Of a stretch of DNA of 64,000 nucleotides, positions 51,321-63,783 are shown in pieces. The position numbers were made by a program, and so were the translations under genes. The first letter of the stretch is position 1. Every line of letters starts with the position of its first letter. The notes under the pieces are model-generated. The model saw only the letters and a list, made by a program, of their open reading frames with translations. It had not been told where the DNA came from and searched no databases. This DNA is from Camelus dromedarius (Eukaryota), in NCBI RefSeq assembly GCF_036321535.1, contig NC_087437.1, forward strand, positions 73,472,001 to 73,536,000, written 5' to 3'.

Positions 51321-52627
51321 TCCTTCTTCTTTCCTCTGTTTGTGACTTTGCACATTCTCTTTCCCTCCAGATATATTCTCTTCTATCTTTTCACCTTCAA
51401 GGAGCAGCACTTACAACACTTACTCTGAGGATTTCTTTATGATTACAGTCCACACCGATTCACACCCTGCTTTCAGATGCTCTTAATTTTAGTTGGGGTC
51501 ACTGGTTTGTTATTGCATTTTGCTAGTTGTACGTGTATACAAAAATGTCTGTAGACTTGTGACATTTTATTTTTATGTAGCTACCCTAGTACCTAACATT
51601 GTGGGTAGGTAACCTAGGGGTTCCAAACAAAAAGAATTTATTATTATTATCTAGGACCGAGGCAGATATATGAGACAGCAAAAAGGCTAATCTCTAAAAA
51701 GATAAATACAGCGGTTTACACACTTTGGGGTTTCAAGCTTCTAGTTAATTAAAGAGTCATCCTTTCATTCTGTGAGCTGACCTATTTTTTATAATAAACT
51801 ATCAGCAGGTTGGCTTTTTTCCCCCACATATTTTTTTCTGCAAAAATCTAAATCAAAACTTCTCACTCCATTATTGCTTTTGAATTTCAGTGACTTTGGA
51901 TAGCTAAGCAATTATTGTACAGTCCCTTACTTTATTCATAAGGATTTAGGTGATGGGTTTAATTTTGGTGGCATGAGAAACAAGATTCAGGAATGAAATC
52001 CAGTAACATTCCTGCCAAACATGGTCAAATACACTGAGAAGAGACAACATATAGTTCTTTGGGAGCTTCTAACCAACATAAATTGAAGATGAGATTCAGA
52101 CTTAAATGTAGCTAAGTCTTTCTATTTATAAGTGCTTGAAAAAGTTCATAGCAAAAACAGTTGCAGATAAACTGAAACATTCCAACACTTATAAACAATT
52201 TCTTTCAATTGTTTATTGCTCTGAAGAATTCATTATCCATCATTAAATATATAACTCTCTCTGTGCCTCACCCTAGAGCACCTTACATGGAGTTGCCCAT
52301 TTGAGAAGCAACTCAAATGCAAAAAAATACTTGTGATTCAAGAGCCTGATACTGTGATTTTTCCCCTTTAGGAGTAAGGTGACATTACAGTTTGTCAGGA
52401 TAGTGCTGGGTTATGCCTGTTGTCCTGGCATAATCATTCATTGCACTCACTTTCACTATCAAAAGTATCTTAGTTTGGGCAATAATTTTTTAAATCTTTT
52501 TAGGATCGTAGTTGCAGCTCTATTCGTTTCCTATGTTCATAGCATCTTATGGCCTAGGGCCTATTTTTCCAGATGGATATTTAGTGCCTAATACAGGTGA
52601 GTTATCCACCCATGTTGGTTAATGGTT

Positions 52628-53090
52628 CCTGTTTGTTGAATTATGTCCCTCCAGAAGATACTTGTTAAAGTTCTAATCTTGGTGCCGCATTTGGAAATAT
52701 GACCTTACTTGGCAATCATGTATTTGCAGATGTAATTAAGTTAAATGAGGCAATACTGGATTAGGGTGGGCCCTAAATTGGGTGACTGGTGTCTTTATGA
52801 GGAGAGAGAGATTTGAAGACACAGAGGAGGCACAAAGAAGGTCATGTGAACACAGAGGCGGAGGTTGTAGTTATGCTGCCACAAACCAAGGAATGCAAAG
52901 GACTGCCAGCAACCACCAAAAGCTAGAAGAGGCAAGAAAAGATTGCTCCCTAGTGCCTTTAGAGGGAACGTGGCTCTGCCAACACCCTGCTTTCAGATTT
53001 CTAGTCTCCAAAACTGACAGAATAAATTTCTGTGTTTTAAGCTACTCAGTTTGTGGTACTTTGTTACAGGAGCCCTAGCAAACTAACACC
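52628..53090 (+). mobile_element. MLT1C/D-like solo LTR
   Basis: 'ttgaattatgtccctcca..tttgcagatgtaattaagttaa..gaataaatttctgtgttttaagc..gccctagcaaactaaca'. Confidence 0.85.
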
Positions 53091-56000
53091 TTTCTTCAGT
53101 TCACCTGTTCTGGAAGATGACAGATAGGTACTTGGGGTTCACAAAGTGAAACTTGTGTGCTTTGTACAACCCGAGTCTTCAGTCAGACCATCCCAAGTAT
53201 ATACTTCAAATAAGGTGAAAATACATCCTCAGTTTTGGCTATCTTAGAAAGTCTCCCAGATTGAATTTTGCATTTGACACAGAGTCTATATTTCAGATCA
53301 TCTCATCATACCCTTCAAATTTGGTGAGAATCTCATAAAGTATAGCAACCATAAGTAAACCGACAAATTGTCAGAAACTCTTTAAAAATGTTTGTATAGA
53401 TAGGTGAATATGCATATAGATTTATCTATTATAACTTTTTAGGCAGGGTATCTGTCTCATTGTTGAAAGTGTTTATGTCTATGTAGATGCAGCTGTACAT
53501 ACGGATCTCTAGCTATATATACATATATCTCTTTATTATGTCTATATCTCTATCTATATGTGGCATTTTTCAAACAATTTCTATCCATTTGTTCGTTTGA
53601 CATTGCTATTTATCTGTCAGTTGATAGATGGATCAATGGATGTTGACAGATATCGATATAGATGTAAACATCATTGACATATTCAGGAAATGCCATGAAT
53701 AAAGCCCAGCTTTCAGAATACTTCACAATTGGACCTTGCTCATTTATATTGTGTAATGATATTGTACCCTTTCTGAAGCTATCTTCCTTCTACTGCCATC
53801 CTCTATTCTATGGGAATAAAATTGACATGCTTTACTTATCTGCTGTTAGGATTTAGGGAAAACATTCAGGCCTGATGGCACTAATGGCAGAGAGACCCAG
53901 AAGGGTGGATGCTGCTGAAACCCTGCTGGGGAATAAGGAATGGGCCATCTGGACCTCCAGCTGAGGCCAATTGGATCCAGACAAGAGCTGCCAGCAGGAA
54001 TGGTCTGGATCTGGATGACAGACATCCCTGCCTAAGGAAGTGGGCTGGCCCGGGAGCAGAGGGAACGGGATGCTCTTCTCAGGAGAAAGGCTGTGGAAGA
54101 CAAGTTCTCTCAGAGGTCACAGTAGGGACAGACATATTATAATTATTAACACTGACTGAAGGCCAAGAAGATGATGAGTACTGTTGAGAACATAGAAGCA
54201 TTCTTGATTTCTGTCCAGGGGATTATTTTTTCTGGTGAAAAAAGTCAACTTTTTGGTGTTCTTGTCCCTTATATTTTGACTCTGCAGAGGAGTCATTTTA
54301 CTTGAACCAAAAAGATCAACCTTTTTCTTCTATTACTCCTACTTCAGATGTTATGTTTCCATTGAAAATTTCTTCCTTCTGGTGCTATTACTCTCATTCC
54401 TTTACTCTCAGTTACTTTGGTATCAACTCTAGAAGAAAAGAAATACCCCCTGTTTCATCCACATCGTTTCTATTAGTATCTACAATCTTTTTAAATGATG
54501 TAGTTTAGCAGAATCATTGCTTCACTTTTATAGATTATCTAGTTACTAGATTTGTATAAACACCTCTTTAATTTTAGAGCAGGCAAAGGGTAACACTTGA
54601 ATGAATTCTCATTATCCACTGTAGTTTATTCATTGAGTTTGCATAATAAGCTCTTGGCGAAATTTTATTTAAATCTGTGATTTTTTAAAGTCTAGTTTAG
54701 ATAAAAGGTGATTGAAAGTGATTGCTATATTTATTGACTGACCTGTTCTTTCGCAGAATGAGTCTGTGGTGTTAGACACTTCTCTGTGCATTAGTGTTAG
54801 GAAAAGCATTGTAGCCATTACTGCCCTGAGCACCATGACAGAGGATCCAAAAGGAAAAGTCCTGCCAATGAATTTTTGTTCTTTTAACTACCATAAACCA
54901 TTTTATTCATTTTTCTTATCAAATGAATTGGTTTGGGTAGTATCTGGACAATAATTAAGGAATGGTTTATTATTATCAGAAATGTACATCAGACCCCCTT
55001 GGAGAGTTTGGTTGATTGTTTTTAAAACACTTGTGTCTAGGCCACCTCTGGAGCTTTTGAATCATTTGTTCTAGGGTAGATACCATCTATGTGTAATTCT
55101 GCAAAACTGTCTCAAGTGAACCTGACACATATCCCTGAAAAAAGACATTATTTTAAAGAATGTTTTGCTGTATATCATACACTCTGCAACCCAAAGGTTT
55201 CAGCACCTCCCAAGTTTTTGTCTCATTCTTTTCTTTCTCAGATTCTAAGTTATACTCCGTATGTGTTGTCCCTGTACACATGGACCTGCAAACTCAAGCC
55301 CATTGAAGTGGCAGTCAAATGTTTCTGTAACCGTGAACATCAAATACCTTTATTAACACGAGTGTCTTAACCTTGTGCCAGATTTGATCTACTAGCAATA
55401 GTAGGGTGGACTAATCTAGATTTAGTCTTTTTTGTTTCCTTCTTTATCCGCTGCTGAATAGTAAAAGGGCCAAGAGGGAGGCTGGCAGTAGTGAACTAAA
55501 GCAGGGCTCCTCATCACTCACATAATTAGTCACTGGACATCCATCTCTTGGGTAATGGAGAGTGGACTGAAAGGCTGAGACAGGTGCAGTAAAGTGAAAA
55601 GTGTGGTAGCTAACACAGCCTGCCTCAGCTTCAAACACAAAACCAAATAAAAGAGCAACAAAGGATTGAAAAAATAAGAGAGGGTTAAATAGTATTGTAA
55701 TAGACTATATTTCATTTGAGACTGTTTCTACTGGAACATATCACGAGCCTAAATTGGAAATAAAGGCTATTAAGTTTCAGTCAACCCATGAAATTATTAC
55801 TGCAAACATTCATTATTTTTTGAAGCTGCCAATTGACAGCCCCTTCTTGCCTGAAGAAAGAATTATATACCCCAGTCACAGTGTAACACAATCACTGAGT
55901 TTCAGATTATAAATTCATCACTGTGCTCATAAGCCCATGCCATTGTTTCAAGTAATATTAAGGTAAAATATATGTACATTTTTAACTTTTTTTTTTACGC

Positions 56001-56104
56001 TTTTGGTGAGATATATTGTCTGATGGAAAGCATAATGCTGACAGTCAAAATGTGTCAGATTATTCACAGAAGCCAAAGTTAGAATATCTTTGTGTATTAA
56101 AATA

Positions 56105-58305
56105 CAGGCATACTTCGTAGATATTGTGGATTTGGTTCTGGACCACCACAATGAAGTGAATATTTGAGTAAAGAGAGTCACACAAATTATTTGGTTTCCT
56201 AGTGCATATAAAAGTTATGTTTACACTACACCATGGTCTATTAACTGTGCTATATTGTTATATCTAAAAATACTGTACATACCTTAATTAAAAATATTTT
56301 ATTGCTAAAAAAATGCTAACCACCTTCTGCACCTTCAGCAAATCATAATCTTTTTGCTGGTGGAGGGTCTTGCCTCCGTGCTGATGACTGCTGACTGATC
56401 AGGATGGCGGTTTCTGAAGGTTGGGGTGTCTTTGGCAATTTTTTAAAATAAGGCAACCACAAAGTTTATTTTTACATATGCTGTGAGCACCTAGTACATT
56501 GCTTTAGGCAGTCAGTTATTACTTAGAACAATTAAAATAAGAAAAATTTATATTTTCATTCATTATTCAGTTTATAATGTTCTTTATTTCTGTAGATCCA
56601 AATTTCTGACTGGCATCAAATATCTTCTGCCTTAGAAGTCTTGACCCCCTCAAAATCATCCATAAGTGTTGGAATCAACTTCTTCCAGACTTCTATTCAT
56701 GTTGGTATTGTGACTTTTCCCCATAAATCACAGATGTTCTTAATGGCATTTAGGATGTGAATCCTTTCCAGGAAGTTTTCAGTTGACTTTGCCCAGATCC
56801 ATCAGAGGAATCACTGTCTATGGGAGCTATAGTCTTATGAGTATATTTATTTAATAATAAGACTTGAAAGTCAGAATTACTCCTTGATCCATGGGCTGCA
56901 GAATGGATGCGGTGTTAGCAAGCATGAAAACAATGTGAATCTCGTGACACATCTTCATCAGAGGTCTTAGGTGACCAGGTGCACCGTCAGTGAGCTGTAA
57001 TATTTTGAAAGGAATTTTTTTTTCTGAGCAGTAGGTCTCAATAGTGGACTTAAAATATTCAGTGAACCACATTGTAACAGATGTGCTGTCATCCTGGCTT
57101 TGTTGTTCCATTAATAGAGCACAGGCAGAGTAGATCTAGCATAATCCTTAAGGGCCTTAGGATTTTTGGAATGATAAATGAGCACTGGCTTCAACTTAAA
57201 GTCACCAGCTGTGTTAGCCCCTAACAAGAGAGTCAGCCTGTCCTTTGAAGCCTTGAAGCCGGGCATTGATTTCTCCTCTCTAGCTATGATAGTCCTAGAT
57301 GTCATCTTCCAATATGAGGCTGCTTCATCTACACTGAAAATCTCTTGTTTCGTGTAGCCGTTTTCATGAACTATCTCACCTAGGTCTTCTAGATAACTTG
57401 CTGCAGCTTCTGTGTCAACACTTGCTGCTCCATCTCGCACTTTAATGTTTTGGAGTTGGCTTCTTCCCTGAAACCCCATGAATTAATCTCTACCAGCTTC
57501 AAACTTCTCAACTACAGCTTCCTCGATTCTCTCAGCCTTCATAGAATTAAAGAGAGTTAGGGCCTTGCTCTGGATTAGGCTTTGGCTTAAGGGACTATTA
57601 TGGCTGATTTGATCTTCCATACAGACCATTAACCTTCTCTATATCAGAACTTTTGCTGTATTAGCAACAAGGCTGTTTCTCTTTCTTATCATTTGTATGT
57701 TCACTGGAGTAGCCTTTCAGTTTCCTTCAAGAACTTTTCCTTTGCAATCACAACTTGGCACAACAGGCCTTGCTTTCGGCCTATTTCAGCTTTTGACATG
57801 CTTTCCTCATTAAGATTTTTAATGTTTTTAAAGTGAGAGATGTGTAACTCTTCCTTTTACTGGAACATTGGAGGCCATTGCAGGATTTTACTTGGCCTAA
57901 TTTCAATGTTGTTGTCTCAGGGATTAGGGAGGCCTGAGGAGAGGGGGAGAGAGATGGGGGAATGGCCAGTTGGTGGAGTAGTCAGAACACACACGTTTAT
58001 TGATTAAGTTTGTTTCTTATATGGGCACAGTTTGTGGCACCCCAAGACAGCTCTAATCGTAACATTAAAGATCACTGAACACAGATCACCATAACAAATA
58101 TAATAATAATGAAAAAGTTTAAAATATTGTGAAAATGTGACACAGAGACATGAAGTGAGCAAATACTATTGGAAAAATGGTGCTAATAGACTTGCTCAAT
58201 GCAAAATTGCCAAAAACCTTTGATTTGTGAAAAAATAAAAAAGAAGCACTATATATGTGAAGTGCGGTGAAATTAAGTTAAGCATAATAGAACGAGGTTT
58301 ACCTA
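56105..58305 (-). mobile_element. Near full-length Tigger1 (pogo/TcMar) DNA transposon, decayed
   Basis: TIR-like CAGGCATACTTCG after TA at 56103-56104 and degenerate ...CGAGGTTTACCTA at ~58305. ORFs 57111-57479 and 56851-57111 give DDE transposase peptides ([52 protein letters not shown]). Confidence 0.93.
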
Positions 58306-61300
58306 AATAGGATAGGGAATAAACAGGTCTAAAGATGCAATTTTGGATGTATGTACAGAATGCTCTTCCTATTATAGGAATAGATATTTATCAATTGTCA
58401 CTTAGTCAATCAAATAAACATTTATTGGGCAGGTACTGTGTCCCAGATACTGACCTAGGTAATGGGAAAACAAAACTGAGTAAGTAATGGTCCTAATTCT
58501 TCTTAAAAACAAGAAGACTAGTGAGTCAAAGACTATAGGATAGAGTAAGTAATCGCAGCTTTGAAGTTTTGCATCAGGGGCTATGGCAGCACAGAGGTGA
58601 GATATTTAAATGGAACTTGGTAGTTAAAGGAGGGCTTGTCATGGAGGTGACACTTGAATTGTCTTAAAGGGACGTCTTATTCCATATTATGCTTTGGTGT
58701 ACATGGAACAAAAGGCAAGAGGGAGTGAAAGAAAGTTATTCTAAAAGAAAGTTAGATGAAAATTAGATTCTTAATCCCCTTTTAAATCTCATACAAGGTC
58801 AAATAGACTTGATAGAGGAGCTAATCTTGGAGTTTGAATATCCATAATGCCTTTGTATTCTTGATCTTCTGGTCTATGAGATTATACCAAATCCATTTTT
58901 AAAGTTGTTTTTTAATGTTTATTTCTGAAGAGTGTATTTTTGAGAGTGACAATTTTAATGAATTATCTTTTGTTATGGTCTATCTTCAGAGAGATTTATC
59001 AATTTAGTAGGATGAAAAAATTATACTTTATTCATTTTGAGTTTGGTGGAGTACCATATGCTGCAATGCAAACTGGAGAATGGATGGTTCTCTTGTGTAA
59101 GAAGGACTTTATTAAGTGATCTGATACATCAGTTCTGATTAGAACAAAGTAAACTTCAGTTCAAGCTGAGCTATCCATTTACATAGGGCTCCTATTTACC
59201 AGAGCAAGACAAATACTTTTTACAGGTCAGTGTACTTGTAGAATAGAATTTGATACATTTTCAGCATAAACAATCTTAAGAGCCTTTAGATTTCTGTCTT
59301 ACATTTACTGGGTCAATAGAAACCCAGTAAATTTCTGGATTTCTCTTTGACTTGGTGGGGAAATATGGAAAGCACTTTTGTTTGATATTTTATGAAGATA
59401 ATAAAGCATATAAATAAGAACATCTATATTCTTTGAGCAGTGAGGTAGTAGTACTAAGGGGAATATATTTATATTCAATTCTTTGAATAAAAAACAGTCT
59501 TTAAAAAGGGAATATTGGGCGTATGCTGATTTAATTTGATTATCTTATGAAGAAGAATCTAATGTAGTGTAGATATGGTTTATTACAATGATCACATTAC
59601 ACTAAACATGCATCTTATAGACCACATTTGTGGTGTGATCATAGCCTGAGAATAATTGAGTCATGAGATGAAGTATTTTGAGAGGTGTAGGAATTAGGCT
59701 GAATTTGAAGGTTCCATATAAAGTTCAGTTTCTGGCAGCAACCAAGGAGATTATTTCTCTGATTTTTTTTTTGTACAAATTATGTACACCAAATGCCTTT
59801 CTTCCTCCTACCCTGTTTTATAAAACTTCAGCAGCAGGTTAACATGTGCCAGTGATAGAATTTCAAGTGCTTTGAGGACTATATAAGTACATGTGGATTC
59901 AGGATCACCTGTGGATTTGATTTCTCTAGGCTCTTATTTTCCCATTCTGATCTTCCTCCCCTCTTCCTTTTCTTTCTTCAAGTCATATAATGAGTCAAAC
60001 TTTAAACTATCCCATCATTTCTTACCTGATTGTTAGAAATAAAATAATTAAAAGAAAAGAATCACAATTTTAGCCATCCAGTGAGTATTGAGACTCTTAA
60101 CATACACGTCTCCAGCATAGCGAAGTTTTCTTAAAGCAAGAATGATCTGAGGGAGAGGGAGACATAGCTAAGCAACTGGGAGAGTAACCTATGATTCATA
60201 TTTTTTTAAGATTTGAACTTTTTGTATCTCCATTTGTCATTTTAAAATGTTTCCAATCTCATTTTCTGTATCCACCCGTGTGTTTGATTCTCTAACCTCA
60301 TTAGATTTCTTGAAGTTCGCCAAGTTTGCGGTGCACTTCCACTCCCCTGTGTCTTGAATCAGGGTGATTGCTCGGTCTCCGTTTGCTAAAACCCTTCACA
60401 TCTGGATGGATCGGCTCCAGGGTCACTACCTTGGTAGGGTGGAAGGACACGGCATACAGAGGCCTGGGCACAAGTTCTGTCTCTCACAGCTTAGCTCTCT
60501 TGGGAGTCTTTTGATCCCTTTGGGCTTCAATTTCCTCATCTGCAAATTGGGGATAATGTACGATTACTAAGTGAGAAAAAAATGTTTTCCTTTTCCTCCT
60601 TCTCAGCCTCTTTCTTTGTGAACCTTTTTCTGATGACTCTCACCAGAACCTCATAGTCAGAATCCTTCCTTCCTGGGTGTTGATCGTGCTTGTTTTGCCT
60701 CAGTTATAAAAGTACTCTCTTTTATTATAATTGGGTGTTTCTATGACCATTTTCTCTAGTAAGCTGAAAGCCCCTTGAGGGCAGGGACAACATTTTGCCT
60801 AGTACATACTAAACATTCAGTAAAAATATGATGATGTTTCAATAAAATGGAAATTACGTGATTCTTCTGCACAATTCCTCCCCCTCCCAATTTTCTATAC
60901 CCAGAATCATCTTTAGGCATTTTCCAAGATCTGATGTTATAAATACATATGACACTGAAGTTGTAACAGACAGTAGCATCATCTCAGCTCAGTCTGTCTA
61001 TTTGGTGTTTTTTTGTTTTTGTTTTTGTTTGTATTTTGGGGTCAGAGAATTGAATCATTCCTGAGTGTACATATTCCTGTATTGTTCTTACATTTCAAAA
61101 TGCTTTAGTTTTTTGTGGTTAGGTTTCTGTCTATGATTGCTTACAGGTAGATCTACATTAGGTACATTTTTAGGGCAATGATGAAATAAAAAGCATGACT
61201 GGCCTCTTTCCTGGGCCCCACTTATGGGGAGCTCTAACACTGCACAGCCATAAAGTGTTCTTCCTCGCTTTGCCTATGTAGGCCCCTCCCAAGTGCTGTG

Positions 61301-62054
61301 CAGGAGAAAAGGTGTGAGTGATGAGTGCATGTGTGTTCTGTGTGTCTGAGAGAGAGAGAGAAAGAACAAGCACTGGGTGATGCTGGTGACAAAACATTTG
61401 GCATGCTTCTACATCTGTTGGAAAGAGCCAGCCAAGCCACCTGTTGTATTTCAATTCTCCATTCCTCAGGGACCTGGCGGCTTGCAGCAAAAGGTTTAAG
61501 ATAGCAGAAATCCACAAGAATAGAGAAGTTATAGGTCACCCAGTTCTTTACCCCGGGGATCCCCATCAGACCATTCTCTACCATGGGCTCTTTAACACAA
61601 TGCAGAACATTTCTAAAACAGTGCACTCTTTGTCTAGCTGAGTTTAAACTTTCTAAGGAACAAAGGTTTCACTCTCTTTTAAAGGAGACGAATCTGAAAA
61701 TCCCATTGTTTACAAGGTCAAGAAATGTGTCCCTGACCATCAGCCAACAGTCACTTTCAGAACTTCCTAGCATTCCCCACCTCACTCTTTTTGAACATCA
61801 GGTCTTGAATGGAGAAGGCTCTGATTTATCTTGGCCCATAAAATGCCCTGCAGGATGTTTTAACACACTGAGGAAAGGTTTAATCTATTTTTGTTAAAAC
61901 CTGGAGAAAACCTTTTACTCCTCTCCAGGAGCTACTAACCCTGGGACGCCTTCCCTCTCTCTCTTTTGTTTTCTGTTACCTGTTCTACCTTTCTTACAGT
62001 CACTGCAGTCCTGAAGCCCTACCTCCGTTGGTTTATTTAAAAATTTCTCTCTTA

Positions 62055-62232
<178 letters not shown>

Positions 62233-62904
62233 ATTTTCTTTCTGTTGCTTTTCTTCTTCTCCTTATCCCCCCCTCCTTCTTACACAGTAATGTTTTACAG
62301 TAAATATATATACACAGTACATATAAAAGCTGTTTTCCCAGTTTTCTAATTCAAAGTCTTTCTTAGTCAAAGAGAGAAATTCAGAGGTGAGCTGCTCCAA
62401 CTCCCTCAGTTTATAACATAGGAAACTGACATTCAGAATGAGGAAGTAATTTTCTTCTTTCAGGAAAAATCAGGAAAAAGAATTCCAATCCCCCAGAGCC
62501 TAGCCCAGAACGGTACCAAGAGTGAGCCTTCCTGCCATGCAGAGGCTGTGACACTGTCCCACCCCTCCTCTGTCCACATGCAGGGGATAAGGGCTCCCCC
62601 AATGTGCTAGCCTCTGTGAGCACTTGCCATGACGTCTTAAAGATGGTGTGGCAGCAGCTGCAGGAGTTGTCAAGAATCCGGCACCTGCCCCTGCTGGTCT
62701 GGCTGGACGCCAGGCTGGCTGCGCTGGGATGTCCCCTTACTAGGTGATGGAGATTCCCCAGTCCTGATCCTCACCTTGCTGTAGTGGATTCTCAGCTAAT
62801 GTTAAACGGCTGCACCAATTCTGGCCTTTCTTGGAGCAAAGAATTTTCATTTAGCTTCACCACCAGCCCTCCCGGCTCTGTCCAGAGCACAAACAAGTAG
62901 CCTG

Positions 62905-63140
62905 TACACCTTAATGGTTACTCATCAGGTTCTGGAACCTCCCAACTTGGATTTGAATCCCCAGGCTAGCACTGATGAGTTTCTAGCCTTGGGACCAATT
63001 ACTTAGTCTCTTTAAGACTCAGGTTTCTCAGCTATAAAATGAAGAAAAGATTAGGAGCCTCATAGAATTGACTTGAGGATCAAATAAACTTGTAAGCAAA
63101 AATCACTGGCATGTTCAAGGCACTTGGGAAACATTAACCA
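62905..63140 (+). mobile_element. MIR SINE
   Basis: 'ggatttgaatccc..ccttgggaccaattacttagtctct..ctcaggtttctcagctataaaatg..cctcatagaattg'. Confidence 0.75.
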
Positions 63141-63251
63141 TTTTTTTTTCCTAGTTAAGAGATCCTGAGTGAAAATGGGGTCACTTTGATAGTTCTACCA
63201 TATCTCATTGGCTGTCACTGGTCATTGCTGGACTCTAGACCTCTACACAAC

Positions 63252-63783
63252 TTTATTGCCCCTGCTCAGGTATCTCTGAGAAGACAACAAGGGTGTTTCT
63301 CCCTTGTGCTCAGTCTCAGCAAGACTGGGCATTTATCCTGTGGCACATTTGCACGGTGCTCCTGCCTCTTCTGGTGCAGGTGCTGCCGTCGATTTCTCCT
63401 GCACTGGCCTCTTCTGCTGGGGTTGCCGCTGCCGCGGAAACTGGGGCTTATTCTGTAGTGAACTGAGGTGGGGGAAATGCCTCTCTCCCCTTTTAAGGGG
63501 CTATCCTTTATTAGAAGATCTTCCAAAGTAGTTGTAACTTGCTTTCCAATGCCTTTTAGTTTTGACTCAGAGCTTCTGTCTGTAGATCTGAGTCCCTGGA
63601 GGGCTGGAATGGCAGAAACCAAGCTGGTTTCATCAGCGGAGCCTTTGGATCTGACTCCTACTTTTCTTAGGAAGAATTATCTTCCAAGAAGTTCCAGAAT
63701 CCTTTGGGCCAATAAACGTTAGTAGCCAGGTGTCGAGTCCATAAGATTTCCCCAAGCATGTTTGAATCTCATCTATGCGGCCC
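63252..63783 (-). other. Candidate 3'-terminal exon of a minus-strand transcript entering from the right
   Basis: Possible acceptors at 63783 (ttaacag|) or ~63667 (ttcttcctaag|); 136 stop-free codons from 63676 to TGA at 63268-63266; AATAAA at 63257-63252 just after the stop; retains several CpGs. Protein not recognised. Confidence 0.35.

Larger units (their letters stand above)
38543..52596 (+). pseudogene. Putative ancient unprocessed pseudogene of the choline/carnitine O-acyltransferase family (CROT/CPT-like)
   Basis: Collinear family motifs in AG/GT-bounded unique segments, read through stops/frameshifts. HLPVILKD / LKRYLINL at 38726-38779 (cf. LPVP..KDT..RYL). KYSEVKTIQREFREKEHTTARQLQIRLIFK at 39005-39106 (cf. 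CPT1B EFQDKTAPRLQKYLVLK). WQLL at 46550 and FSTFRL[P]G| at 46654-46674 (cf. CROT WQLL, ChAT FSSYRLPG). FKVHLVPEGYL at 47068-47100 (cf. CPT1A FKVWLYHDGRL). LLTS at 47357; CLGLEETVP at ~47458; PLAG...CPNKS at ~47576-47614 (cf. G....RW.DKS). FSPGSSCAVGHRAF-MVM with His at 47655 (cf. CROT FSNGVFGCNCDHAPFDAMIM); VDRK at 47696 (VDEK). NAVTFN...GR at 47884; DGFLQ at 50033; YE at 50090; W.Q within 50349-50408; FDSH at 50545 (FDRH); GPIFPDGY at 52557-52580. By-eye alignment only. Confidence 0.65.

Noticed and set aside
56851..57479. Domesticated TIGD-like transposase gene
   Set aside because: Fragmented by stops and frameshifts, partly deleted, and still bounded by Tigger1 TIRs.
60320..60385. Ig F-strand-like DTGEWKC on the minus strand
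   Set aside because: Single short motif with no other Ig strands or supporting exon structure.
62775..62850. LRR-like LTLAENPL peptide
   Set aside because: One partial repeat with no adjacent LRRs; likely chance.
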